Shown here: piece by piece, positions 51,929 to 64,000 of the stretch | Layout: each line of letters opens with the position of its first letter | How positions within the stretch are numbered: position 1 is the first letter of the stretch | Assembly (NCBI RefSeq): GCF_033153115.1 | Contig: NW_026889777.1 | Location: forward strand, 9,362,001-9,426,000 | DNA from: Saccostrea echinata | Lineage: Eukaryota | Reading direction: 5' to 3' | DNA: 64,000 bases | Translations under genes and position numbers: made by a program | The notes under the pieces: model-generated | What the model saw: only the letters and a program-made list of their open reading frames with translations | The model's database searches: none | Told to the model about the DNA's origin: nothing

Positions 51929-54900
51929 ATGTCCATGAGGCTTGTGTCCGGTGGAACGTATAATGTCCGAGCCTCGGAAATGTCCTCTCATCTGCAGGAT
52001 AGACAGCCCAAGATGGTCACCTGTATCGTCCACTTCCTTGACGACAGCCAACAAGACTTTGAAGTTGATGTAAGGAAAACTTCTGATTGGTCAATAATTA
52101 AACTGACAAACCATTTGCATGATTACATGTACATTGATAATTGAACAGTAAGTCCCTACAGAAATATAATGCCCCCCCCCCCCTTCAAGCCTGGAATGAA
52201 TAATTTAGATTTGTGATGAGGCGATCTTCTATTGAACATGCAGTTAACCTTTCAATGGTATTTCCTGTTTTCCTTTACTCCCTTACATTTAACTGTGACA
52301 CTTTGGAGAACAAAATGTCCTCCTTACTTAATGAGTTCTTAGACAGATGTGTGGTATGGAACCTATGTTTCACTTTTACAGAAGAAGGCCAAGTCCCAGG
52401 TGTTGCTAGACAAGGTATTTGGTCACTTGGAGCTAGTGGAGAAGGATTATTTTGGGTTACAGTTTGTGGACCTCTCCCCTGCCCCCGATGGAATGGTCAG
52501 TCATGCTCACCTCCCAGTTGGACCCTACGCAATGGTACGTGGTATAGTACAACCAACAGAAGTGGTGCTAACTTACACATGTATACAGTATAACACGCCT
52601 ATAGCGAACATGGTTAAAATGAATTGATGCATACAGCGAATTGATTTTCATGCCCCATGGTTTTAAAGTATACTGTGGAATCATTTTAATTCGTGGGTGT
52701 CAATGTTCGTGGGGAAGCAAAATTTTAGTTGTTCATGGGGACGAAATTTCGTGGGTTACTTATCTATATGGTAGATTCAGTGAATCAATATGTTAACAAA
52801 ATAAAAGCTCGTGGGGATGTTAATTCGTGGGTCGGGGCGACCCATGAAATCCATACTTGCCAACCTCCAACATGTAAAAATCTGGTCATGACCAGATTTG
52901 GAAAGTAAAAAATCTGGTCATAACGCGTAACGACGTTCACGACATATTTACCTTGATTAAATTATATATATGTAAGTACTTGTGTATTGAGAATTCTTTT
53001 ATTAAAAAAAGGCTTTAACTTACAATGACAAAAAATTAATATATATTGATTAAATTTACATGAAAAAAAGAGCATTGAAGGTTTCTTTATTCAGTATTGA
53101 CCTGAATTAAGAGTGCATTTTCTTTTTTAAAAAGAAAGCCTTTTCAGTTTTTGCTAAATTTGAAAGTATTTCAATTTTGGTTTTGAAATTATTTTTCCTC
53201 TCTCTTAATTAATTTAATTAACAAGTGCAATATGTATTAAATGTACAGTTAGGCCTACACTATCTTCGATCAATTTATTTTATCTAATGAAAGTTGTTTT
53301 CCAAGATTCCTTGATATGTACATGATGTTTCACTTTTTCTCGTTGTTCCTGTTGGCCCTGATAACGATCTAGTTCTATTGGAAGCCATTTTAAATTGACT
53401 TCAAACTTTGATTTGTCAAAACAACTCCTAGGTAATTGTTTACACCTGCACTGATAATTTACTGGTACACAGCCTACTGGACATAGCCATGGGCATTGTT
53501 TACGTAGATCCAAGCTTGGGTTGTAACTGGAAGTTAAAAGTGCAACCTAATTTACGAACCAAATCCGGAAATTGGGAGATTTTCGAGTTGTTCGGCAAAA
53601 ATCGGGTGAAAAGCATGACCCGCTGTGTCATAAAAAATAATCGGGTTAAGGGTAAAAAAATCAGGTGTAATCCGACGAAAGCGGGTGAGTTGGCAACTAT
53701 GATGAAATCCACGAACATTGGTCCCCCACGAACAATGATGATTCCACAGTATTATGAACTTAATGTATATAACAAAGTACATTTATAATCATGATAATGA
53801 AGCAAAATCTTTATTCCTGGCACTTTGTTATAAGCGTGTTTAACTGTGTATACATGTTCTGATAAGTCGTACGTGTACTACCAACACAGTCTATAAAGGT
53901 AAAATGGTGCAACCTACACATGTATGTATGGTACTTAATATAATGGTAAGTGCCACTAAGTGGTATGACCTACATTAAGTTTGAATGGTACTAACTACAT
54001 GTATACTGATAAATGGTATGAACTACACAAGTGTATGTGGTACTTTAATAGTGAGCAGGGGTCTATCGACAACTTGTACAAATGGAGGAAATCTGGGTTG
54101 AAATCCACGCGTTAATGTTCAATGAAATTTTAATGGGAATGCGGGAAAATTCTAAATTCCTAGTAATTCTTTGTGGTGCATAGCAACTTTAAGGTTTAAG
54201 GATTGCAACAACTTTCTTGAAAAAAAAATGCAAACAAAGATTTATTGCAATTTCCATGCCACAGAACTATCTTTTGGATCTCACTAAACATGACTTTGAA
54301 TCTGACATCATATTTTCAATGCTTAAATGGCTCAGGTATTTTCTATTTTGTCGGAAAAATCCAAGAGGTTCGGAATCTCGATCCTGATGCATAAGAAGTT
54401 TACAAAGTTTGAGAATATTTCTATTTGTCATAAATATCGTTTGAATAAAAAAGGATTGTACAATACGCAGTAAACATAGGCTAAAAGAGTTTACTAAAAA
54501 TTGATCGTCATAAGCAGAATGCAAAACAGCATTTGAGAGGTGTATAGAGTTGTAGAATAATTCTTATAAAAATGAAAATACGCTCACCCTAATGGTTTCA
54601 CAGTCAGACATATTAAGTTGTATGAGCTAATGCTGTGTTTATTATAATGGCAAATTGATCTACCTACCTATTTTTTGCTTCTTTAAAGCACTCTGCAAGA
54701 ACTAAATCTTCACAATAACTGCAAGCCTGTTATATTTGCCATTATCCCATGGCATTGTGGGAGCATAAGAATTCTGGGAAGGTTTCACACAAAAATTTGC
54801 TTAATGAATATATACATTTCAGATTGAATTTCCTCTGGTCTTACATGTTAGTCTATAGAGCTCACTTTCCAAATGTCATGAAGCGCTGCTATATGTGTTG

Positions 54901-57900
54901 CTAGCTGCACTCACTATTAAGTCAAACTACAGAAAAAACTCTAAGCAACTTATATGTCAAAAACATTATGCAGTGTTAAACCACATTGCATATTTAGTTA
55001 TACATTACATATACTTGATTGGGATGTTGGTATCTTTTAGGAGCTTTCTGTTTAATTCTGATTTTTTCTTACAGAGATGGCTTGATCCTCTAAAGACAAT
55101 AAAGAAGCAGTGTAGAGGTAGGTACTGTATTTAATCAGTAGTTCACTTGAGTGAAAGGCTCAGGTGAGCTTTACTGAACTGAGGGTTTCTTCTAGTCTGT
55201 CTGTAATCTGTTTAAACGTCAATTTGTTAGCGCATCTGAGCTGAAAGGCTCAAGTGAGCTTTTCTGATCATATTTTTTCTGGCATCTGTCAGTTTGTCGG
55301 TCGTAAATTTTTACACTTTGATCTTGTTCTCCAGACCCAATTCAAGTTTGTTCAAATCATGACCCCTGGGGGTTGGGTCGGGCCACATTATGCAATCAAA
55401 GTTTTACATAGGAATATTTAAGGAAAAATCAGTAAAAATCTTCTCAAGAACAGCAAAGCCATCATTAGCAAACTTGTTCAAATCCTCACCCTGGGGGTGG
55501 GTGGGGACCATTTATACATTTAATCTTTTCAGTACTTATCAGATTTCTGCTTTTTTGCTAACTGAAGTGCTCAGATGAGCAATGTTGCCCATGGGCTTCT
55601 AGTTAAGAAAAGTTCATTTAAATGATAGTAAACATTGCATGTAAAAATATCTTTATCTAGTTAAGAAAAGTTCATTTAAATGATAGTAAACATTGCATGT
55701 AAAAATATCTTTATATCATCCTGATATTTTTTAAAAAAAAATCTTGATATACATCCCAATTCAAAAGTGTTTGCAATACCGATCCATAATATATATAGGA
55801 AAAAGATTTTAAAATCTGAAAGGTTGATATTTATGTGAAAGCTTTCTAATAATTAAAATTTGATTCTAAATTGTTCAAGTCATGGCTCCGGGGATATTGT
55901 GGATCTGTAGTAGGGGTAGTTTTACAATGGAATATGTAAGAAAACATTCTAAAAATTAATTCATGAATACAGGAAAAAATTTTCTTCTCCATTATTAAAA
56001 GGCCATGTTAGTCATATTCATATTGAAGAATTCCCATATTGTGTGGAATCAAAGACCCCTTAGAAAGTAGGGTCATATTATGGGGTCATTAAAATCATTA
56101 TAATCTTGAGAACAGCAGGGCTTAAGTTATTCAGGTGAGCATTGTGGCCGATGGGCCTCTTGTTAATTTCAACTTTTATGAGAAATACTTGAGATTGCCT
56201 GTGTTTAAGTGATTTGAGAAACTTTCCAAATATTTAATCCATAAATTACAGAAATTCAAACAACCACTGGTTGAAATTGAAATGGAACATTTTACAGTGT
56301 TTTATAAAAATGGAATGTATATTTAATGTTGTGTACCCTTACTTTGCAGGTCCTCCATATGAGTTTTATTTTAGAGTGAAGTTTTATGTTTCTGATCCCA
56401 GTAAATTAGAAGAGGAATACACAAGGTAAAGCTGCTGGCAAGATGTGTTATTTTCTGTGGGGAAGTTTATTATAATTATAAGCCAAAGGTGAAATACTAA
56501 TTCATGTCAAAAGTTGTATAACTGTGGGGTAATAATAGAATTATTAAGGTATCAAAATGTACATTTCAAATGTCATGCTTTATAAAGTTATATAAAATAT
56601 GCCCCATTTGCTGTGAATTAATCAGTAAATTATCTTTCAAAAAATTTTTATTTGACATTCAGTGACTCCCAGACTTGTGATTATGTGGTCCATTTTTTTC
56701 AGGTATCACTTCTTTCTGCAAGTGAAAAGAGACATCTTAGAAGGTCGACTAGTCACTCCGCCCAGTACTTCTGCCCTACTGGCCAGTTTTGCCATACAAT
56801 GTAAGAAAGACCACTTTGTACTTTAAAGATCTATAAAAAAGAAAAAATACGTTTTTATAACCAGACGTGATATTTTGAGCAAGAGAGTTAATATTTGAAT
56901 TAAAAGGACATTTTTAAATATCATGCCCTATTGGCTAGTTTTGCCATGTAGTGTTAGGGAGGCTACTCAGTACTTCTTAGATCTAAAGAAATATAATAAA
57001 AACATTGAGGTGATATTTCCAGAAAAAAAAAAAACAACTAATTTTTGATTTAAAAGGACATTTTTGAAATGTCCTGCCTTATTGTCCAGTTCAGTGCATT
57101 GTTAGGGATGTGCGATTTTATTGGTGTACCGGTATATCATAATTTTTAATTGCATGATATGTATCATGATACGGGGTCGGAAATACCAGTATTTAGGTAC
57201 ATAATTATAAATTCCGGAAATTATTCATTTCAAATTACAATTACAGAAAGTGTAAAAAGTGCTGAAAACGGTAAAAGAACGGCATCCAAGCATCCAAACA
57301 TATTTGATATTATGTAAATAAAAAATTGAAAAAAAAGTGAAGTTATGTTTTTCCAGCATATTTTTAGGAAAAATTATGAATATTCATTTAAAATCATTAT
57401 AAAAATTGCTTGTGAAAAATATGATATTATCATGATATTTGGAAAAAAATCGTGATATATCGAAATACAAAATATTTTTTGGCGATACTCATCCCTAGTG
57501 CATGGAACACCAGTGTGTTAGTTCATGTTATGAAAGGGAAGATGATATTTCCAGCAAGAACGCTAACAATTAAAAGAAGACAATTCTGAAATGTTAAATT
57601 TTCTGTAACACCCACAGTTTTTGCATATAGTTTGGGATACTGAATACAGGGAAATATTTGCCCTCATTTTTGCTCATTTCACCCTTCATTCAAAAATGGG
57701 GCTGTTCAGTAGAGGCAGATTGAACACAACTATGTCTTGTTTGCAATTGTTGCAAAGTCATTTGCAAGTGTGATAGGGTGAAAATAACATGGTACATAAA
57801 TAACCCTGCATTCATATTTATTATCTTTCTGTCCATCATTTTTCTTGTTATTACATCCCTCTTGTGTTTAATGGTAACCCATATATTTCTTGACCTTTGC

Positions 57901-58228
57901 TGTATATTTATGTAATATGAATACAACGATAGTAAATTAAAACATCAACATAACTTCATTGTTTGAATAATTTTGACAGCTGAACTTGGAGACTATAACC
58001 CAGACGAACACAAGGGGAATTATATATCGGACTACAGGTTCATACCTCACCAAACAGAAGATTTTGAGAAACAAGTCTCCGAACTTCATAAACAACACAG
58101 GTTTGCAAGAGAGAGAGAGGGAGAGAGAGAGATAAAATATGGTGAATTGATTGCTGTTATAAATGCCCAATTTTAAGTAAAGAGATATAAGTTCAGACTT
58201 CAATTAAAACCTCTTAGCACTTAGTTTA

Positions 58229-58280
<52 letters not shown>

Positions 58281-61200
58281 TGTCCGTCATCCGTTCGTCT
58301 GTCTGTCTAGCTGTCTGTCTGTTCATCTGTAAACTTTTCACATTTTCAACTTCTTCTCAAGAACCACTGGGCAAATTTTACCCAAAGTTGCTACAGAGCA
58401 TCCTTGGGTGAAGGGGAGTTTAAATTGTTGAAATGAAGGGCCAAACCCCCTCACAAGGGGAGATAATCAAGAAAAGACAAAAATAGGGTAGGTTGTTAAA
58501 AAATCTTTTTCTCAAGAACCACTGGGCTGGAAGAGCTGAAACTGAAGTGGAAGCTTTCTGGGGTAGTGTAGATTCTAAATTGTTCAAATCATTTGCCCCA
58601 GGGGTAGGGTGGGGCCACAATAGGGAATCAAAGTTTTACATTGAAATATATAGAAAAAATCTTTTTAAAATCTTCTTCTCAAGAACCACAAGATCAGAAA
58701 AGCTGAAACTTACGTGGAAGCTTCCTGGGGTAGTGTAGATTCTAAATTGTTCAAATCACAACCCCTGGGGGTAGGGTGGGGCACAATAGAAAATCAAAGT
58801 TTTACATTGAAATATATATATGAAAAATCTTTAAAAATCTTCTCAAGAACCACTGGATCAAAAAAGCTGAAACTTATGGGGAAGCTTCCTGGGGTAGTGT
58901 AGATTCTAAATTGTTCAAATCACAACCCTCGGGGGTATGGTGGGGCACAATAGAAAATCAAAGTTTTACATTGAAATATATAGGAAAAATCTTTAAAAAT
59001 CTTCTTCTCAAGAACCACTAGGCCAGAAAAGCTGAAACTTATATGGAAGCATCCTGGGGTAGTGTAGAATCTAAATTGTTCAAATCATTTGCCCCAGGGG
59101 TAGGGTGGGGCCACAATAGGGAATCAAATTTTTATGAAATATATGGAAAAAATCTTTAAAAATCTTCTTCTCAAAAACCACTGGGGCCAGAAAAGCTGAA
59201 ACTTATGTGGAAGCATCCTGGCATAGTTTAGATTCTAATTTGTTCAAATCATGGCCCCCATAGGTAGGGTTGGGCCACAGTAAGTTTTACAAGGGGGGGG
59301 GGGGATCTGGTGAAGAACAGCAGGTCCAAAGTAAATCAGATTAGTGTTGTGGCCCATGGGCCTCTTGTTTGCTGATTCACATCATGTGAAGTATAAGTGA
59401 TATATATATTTAAGTATATTAGAAACAGAACTTTAAATATTTTATTGCATGTGTCTGGAAAAGTTTTTGAGGGTCTGATGTTACAGAACGTTGTGTTATA
59501 ATTCCAGGGGACAGACACCTGCTGATGCTGAGTACCATTATCTAGACAAGGCCAAGCGGTTAGAAATGTACGGGGTGGATCTCCATAATGCTAGGGTAAG
59601 GGCAGTAACTCCAGCACCTTTCTTACCAGTACTTATATATACACTAGAAAGCTACTGGTGGTATATTTCTTTGCAAAATCATCCTGTGGAATTTTTCTGT
59701 AAAAGTTTTTATATTTGGGCACATTTCATTTTCCATGTCCCCCTTCCAATGTCTTATTTGACTTTGTTTCACTTAAGTTTTCTGTTTTTTTGTCACTGAA
59801 CTTATTAAATATACAGTTTTCTCTCTGCAAGCAGAAAAAATATTTATACCTCCAAAAAATATTACTTTGTAAAACATTTTTATTTCTCAATAGATTTGCT
59901 TAGACAATGAATTATTTTAAAGAAGCAATTTATAGGGGGACAAATTTCATGATGAATTATGTGTTTTTACTGGTGTTTTGGTGGAGGATTGAGCACGATT
60001 TTTGAGTCAGCGTGATATCTTTCTAGGTGTCCTATGATCGAGAGATCCCTGTTAGCTCCCCTTTCTATGTAAGTTATGAACACTGAATAGGGTGCTGCTA
60101 TTTACCAGGTTCGACCTGTACTTGGCTTCCATTGCATTGATTTCATCTTGATTTGTTTTAAAAAAAACTTTTTTTTAAAAAAAAAAAAAAATAACAGGAA
60201 TGAATTGCATTTTCTCCAGTAAAATTTCTTTTATTTTTGACACTTTCTCTTTAAAGTAAACATTTTTTTTTAAAGAGAAAAAAGTAAAGTACATGCATTT
60301 GCTAGACTTTTGATGACTGTTTTTAGTCTCTCTTTATAATTTTAAATTTTTTAAACTGGAAATTGCAGTTTAAAGTTTTATAAGCTTCGGAATGCTGTGA
60401 TTTCTTTTTTCTGTTGTCAATAATGTCAAGTTCACTATCACTGCTCTGTGAACATATTAACTTTATTGGGTTTTTTTAATATTAACACTGAATGATGTCT
60501 TGACCACAGATACTTGTTAGAAGAATGCATTTTGAAGTTGAATTGTTGATATTTACTTAAAGGAACTGAGGTTTTTTCTTCTATTGAAGTTACCGTTAAA
60601 GTTATTTTCTGCAAGAGTTGTTTTCCCCCCTAGCTTAACATTATGCTTGCCTTTAAGCCTAGTTTAGATTCTGAAAGCCTTTGCAGTCTATAAGAAGATA
60701 TTATATAACCATGTTACTCTCTGTGTAAGAGCTTTCCCATGCTTGTTTACCCTAAGTAAGTATTGCAAAGTGTTCAATACTGGTCAGTATGCAATATATA
60801 TATTTCATCAAGAGCTGAAACCATGTTGAGTTTTTTTGGAAATGAACGAAAAAGTGTTTATGCATATATTTCCGTAAACCATTGATCCATGTTAGAAAAC
60901 TGATACTCAAGGACCTATGTTTTTGTAGGGCATGTTTATTGATGCAAACGAACAGGGACTGTGCAATATACTAGTTAGTATGTTTTCTCTCATGTTAACA
61001 CTGGTAGAGGGGTCTTCATCAACAGTTGATCATTTGTATTAACCCCTAACAAATGTATAACCAATCACAAAGCACAAAACCTCAAAACAGCAGCCAACCA
61101 CAGACTGTGGAGAGATCTGATTGGTTGATGATTTTAGTGATATCTGATTGGTCAGAATCTGATGTTACTTATGTAGCCAATGTTTGCTGTCATTACTAGA

Positions 61201-63070
61201 CACTCTTAAACTTCTGTTATGTCCCAAAGATTGATTGGGATTTTAGAAAAATTTCCAAGTCAGTGGTTACATGATATTTAGTTTTTGAAAAGATTTTCAA
61301 GGAAAATTTGATGTTTCAAAATTCCCAACCTCAGAAATTTTCTCATTGATATAAAGTATGTAGTATTGAAAGGAAAGTCATTTACAAAGAAGCAAAATGC
61401 ATTTTCTTTTGCATTCAACTCCTGCATTTATTTTTATTTTCTCAGATTACTTATAAACTCATACTTTAGTCTTGATAAAAGCCCCTCCCCCAAAATATGG
61501 GAGTTCCATTAAACATTTAACTTATTAACTGAGATTTTAACACCAGTTTGCACAATGTTTTTAGGAATGGTGCATGTCAAATATTTATGAAATTGCATTT
61601 TGAGTAATACAAAAATAAAAAAAAGAATCTTAGGTGAGATTGCTACATGTGTCTGATCCAGAGTGTTTTTCAGGCTTGAGAACATTGAGCAAGTTAAAAT
61701 ATGTACACTGCATCAAGGTGTTAGTGGTTTTATAGTAGTTATCTCCCTTTGACTTTATGTAATCAATTTTTTTTCTTACCCTTTACTAACAAATCTGAAT
61801 TTTTTTTGTTTTCTTTTTTACTTTTCTGAATTTATCTGTTGGAAAGTAAGAAAAAAAAATTCATTCATTGTTAAAAAAATGAGATGTTTGAGTGAAATTT
61901 GATTTACCTCATAAGAGCAAAAAAGAGATTTGTTTTTTTTAAATAATAAATGTTTTGTAAATGACATAGAAAGTTTAAAAGTAATATTGACAGAGTGGAA
62001 CAAAATAACAGATCTGAAGTTAACACGATTATTTTATTTTTTTTTGTAGGATCAGAATAATATAGATATCCAGCTAGGCGTCACGTCTGTGGGGCTCGTA
62101 GTCTTTCAAAACAATGTCAAAATTAATACATTCCCATGGTAAGTAGGAAAATGTAAATGAGGAATTCATGGAGGTGACTTTCTTATTTCTTTTCTATATA
62201 AATATTGAAAAGAATATATGTCCTCGGCTTCCTGTCTCTATTTGAATGCATGAGACAGTGCTTCAAACACAAGTTTATATACTGTATATCAGGAAATTTT
62301 CGTGACAGCTTATTTTCGCAAAATAGGAAATTGAAATTTTTAAGCGAGACAAAATTTTCATGAATGCTAGTTATTACTATATATATCTTACGCTAAAAAA
62401 TATATGGGAGAATGAAATATTTGCGAGCTGATCGTCTTGCGTAATTATGCGAAAATAAAGTTATCGCAAATAAAAAGTAATTAACAGTACTTTCAGTTCC
62501 TGTCAATTCATTAAACATCTGTAATTGTTGATTATGTATTTATTTCTTCAGGGCAAAGATTGTAAAAATCTCATTTAAAAGGAAGCAGTTCTTCATTCAG
62601 CTGCGAAGAGAAGTGGTGAGTATACAGTGTTATTTTTTAGTCATTTTTTACGTATTTTAAATTTTTTTAATTTTTACGTTTAATTCAGATAGAGTTTCTC
62701 ATTATTGTTCAACCACTCAAACATAAAATCTTTTAATGTCCTAGGATTTGAGGGGAAATTTTTTTTTTATCCAAACAATCATTAATGATTAATGACAAGA
62801 TCAAATCTTCTGAGCTCTTTATTTTAAATTCATTACTAAAAAGAAAGACGAGAAAAAAGAGTTCTGGTCACTCATACTCTTTACACAATGCAAGTTTTCC
62901 CTGTTTCAGAATGATTCTGTAGAGAACCTGATTGGGTTTAACATGATCAGCTACCGATCTTGTAAGAATCTCTGGAAATCCTGCGTGGAACATCACACCT
63001 TTTTCCGTCTGTACGTTCCTAATCCACCCTCCAAGAAAATCTTCTCAATGGGCTCCAAGTTCCGTTACAG
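51929..63070 (+). CDS. PTPN4: Tyrosine-protein phosphatase non-receptor type 4/3-like (PTP-MEG), FERM-domain part (partial; continues beyond the window). Exons: 51929-52069 (acceptor before 51918), 52382-52495, 55075-55117, 56350-56425, 56703-56800, 57980-58100, 59508-59595, 62050-62138, 62552-62615, 62910-63070
   Basis: The N-terminal [13 protein letters not shown] motif is diagnostic of PTPN4/Ptpmeg. It is followed by the FERM motifs [88 protein letters not shown] and [23 protein letters not shown]. All introns are GT-AG and in frame. The PDZ and PTP domains are not in the window. Confidence 0.9.
52586..53846. mobile_element. Triple-nested MITEs: outer mariner-like (52586-53846), middle TA-flanked (52673-53749), inner hAT (52852-53701)
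   Basis: Outer CAGTATAACACGC...GCGTGTTTAACTG. Middle TA|CTGTGGAATCAT...ATGATTCCACAG|TA. Inner ATGAAATC|CATACTTGCCAAC...GTTGGCAACTATG|ATGAAATC. Confidence 0.85.
55140..56163 (+). mobile_element. Decayed HINE family B copies, with a ~58-bp tandem duplication at ~55599-55713
   Basis: CTGAGCTGAAAGGCTCAAGTGAGC heads and GCCCATGGGC(C)TCT tails like those of the 58230 element. Confidence 0.65.
57103..57497. mobile_element. hAT-like MITE
   Basis: TAGGGATG...CATCCCTA termini, with GTGCAT duplicated imperfectly on both flanks. Confidence 0.65.
58230..59369 (+). mobile_element. HINE family B with ~166-bp internal units (oyster HindIII/Cg170-type satellite monomer)
   Basis: 5' TTTTTAGCTCACCTGAGCTGAAAGCTCAAGTGAGC hairpin plus (GTCT)n. 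Units recur at 58561, 58728, 58892 and 59057, several with AAGCTT. 3' GGCCCATGGGCC palindrome. Decayed relatives lie at ~590-985 (minus) and ~26915-27350. Confidence 0.85.
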
Positions 63071-64000
63071 GTAAGCTAGTTTTCAGTCGTACATAATGTG
63101 GACAGGTGTAAGGTATGGTGTTGTGTGCATTTATAGATTGTAAATAAGTCTCAGAAATATTCTTTCTTTCCTTCTTGTTTTAAAAAATTGGATTCCATTA
63201 CAATTAAAAACATCATTTTTCATAGTCTAGAAGAACATTTGCCCCACCTATCTCAAGCTCTTTTGTGAATTTTCAATTGTCTTATTATCAATTAAATAAC
63301 TTCTCATTATAGAAAATATGAACTGGATAATTGATAGAAATTTTTAATTGAAAGAGAAGAGGGATGTATTTTATTTTTACTGATATGGGATGATGGTTAT
63401 ATCTTCACAGTTAACATAATTATTAATGCTAGTAACTAAATATTAATGGACATAGGTTATGATTTTTCCCACTAATATTATTGGTAATGAGTACTAAATG
63501 GGAGATGGACTAGATATTGTAAGAAGAGATTGCTATAAAATTGTACCTCTGTTAATTTAGTGTTCAAAATAGTGAAGCTTCAGTCGTCTTTGAGCTGGTT
63601 TCGGAGTTATGTCCCTTTGCCCATTTTACTGATGACAAGAAGACTAACAAATGACTTACGAATATACCTCACATCTCCACCTTCACATCATATTCTGAAA
63701 AATATTTTCAGCTTCTTTGTGAATTTTTTATTACTGTTAATTTTTTTCCTTACGAAAATTAATATTCCTGAAAAAATTCTTTTACCAAACTGGTTTGATT
63801 TGTAGTGTCGAACATATGCATGACTTATGTCCTATTGTTTCGAACATTTCATGGATTTTTGTTTTTCCTTAATCATGGTTGCCACACCTGAGTTGTTTTT
63901 TATCCCATACTATGTAATATCACACATAACCTCACAGTAATAGACTTCAGATGAAGAAAGAATGTCGAATTTTGAAATTGCAGTAATCAAGATAAAACTG

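Overview
AT-rich, intron-rich animal DNA. The repeat repertoire (Helentron/HINE-type elements carrying ~166-bp HindIII-type satellite units) points to a bivalve, probably an oyster; this is an inference. Three spliced genes were assembled by hand from GT-AG exons, since most of the supplied ORF track is spurious. (1) The 5' part of MLH1 on the minus strand (6 coding exons, runs off the left edge). (2) A complete 21-exon CFAP221/PCDP1 (898 aa) on the plus strand, head-to-head with MLH1 across ~1.76 kb. (3) The FERM-domain half of a PTPN4/PTPN3 (PTP-MEG) phosphatase on the plus strand, running off the right edge, with 2-3 candidate alternative first coding exons. Introns and intergenic DNA are packed with non-autonomous DNA transposons (Tc1/mariner-like, hAT with 8-bp and 5-bp TSDs, PIF/Harbinger-like, HINEs, a triple nest), LINE/Penelope/tRNA-SINE relics and tandem repeats. 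The most unusual signal is that at least six splice junctions across all three genes are the seed of local tandem duplications that copy the exon end together with its splice site into the intron. The extreme case is an 11-copy 60-bp array of the MLH1 exon-2 donor that fills most of intron 2. The CFAP221-PTPN4 order and orientation also match the human 2q14.2 arrangement as I recall it, suggesting ancient microsynteny.
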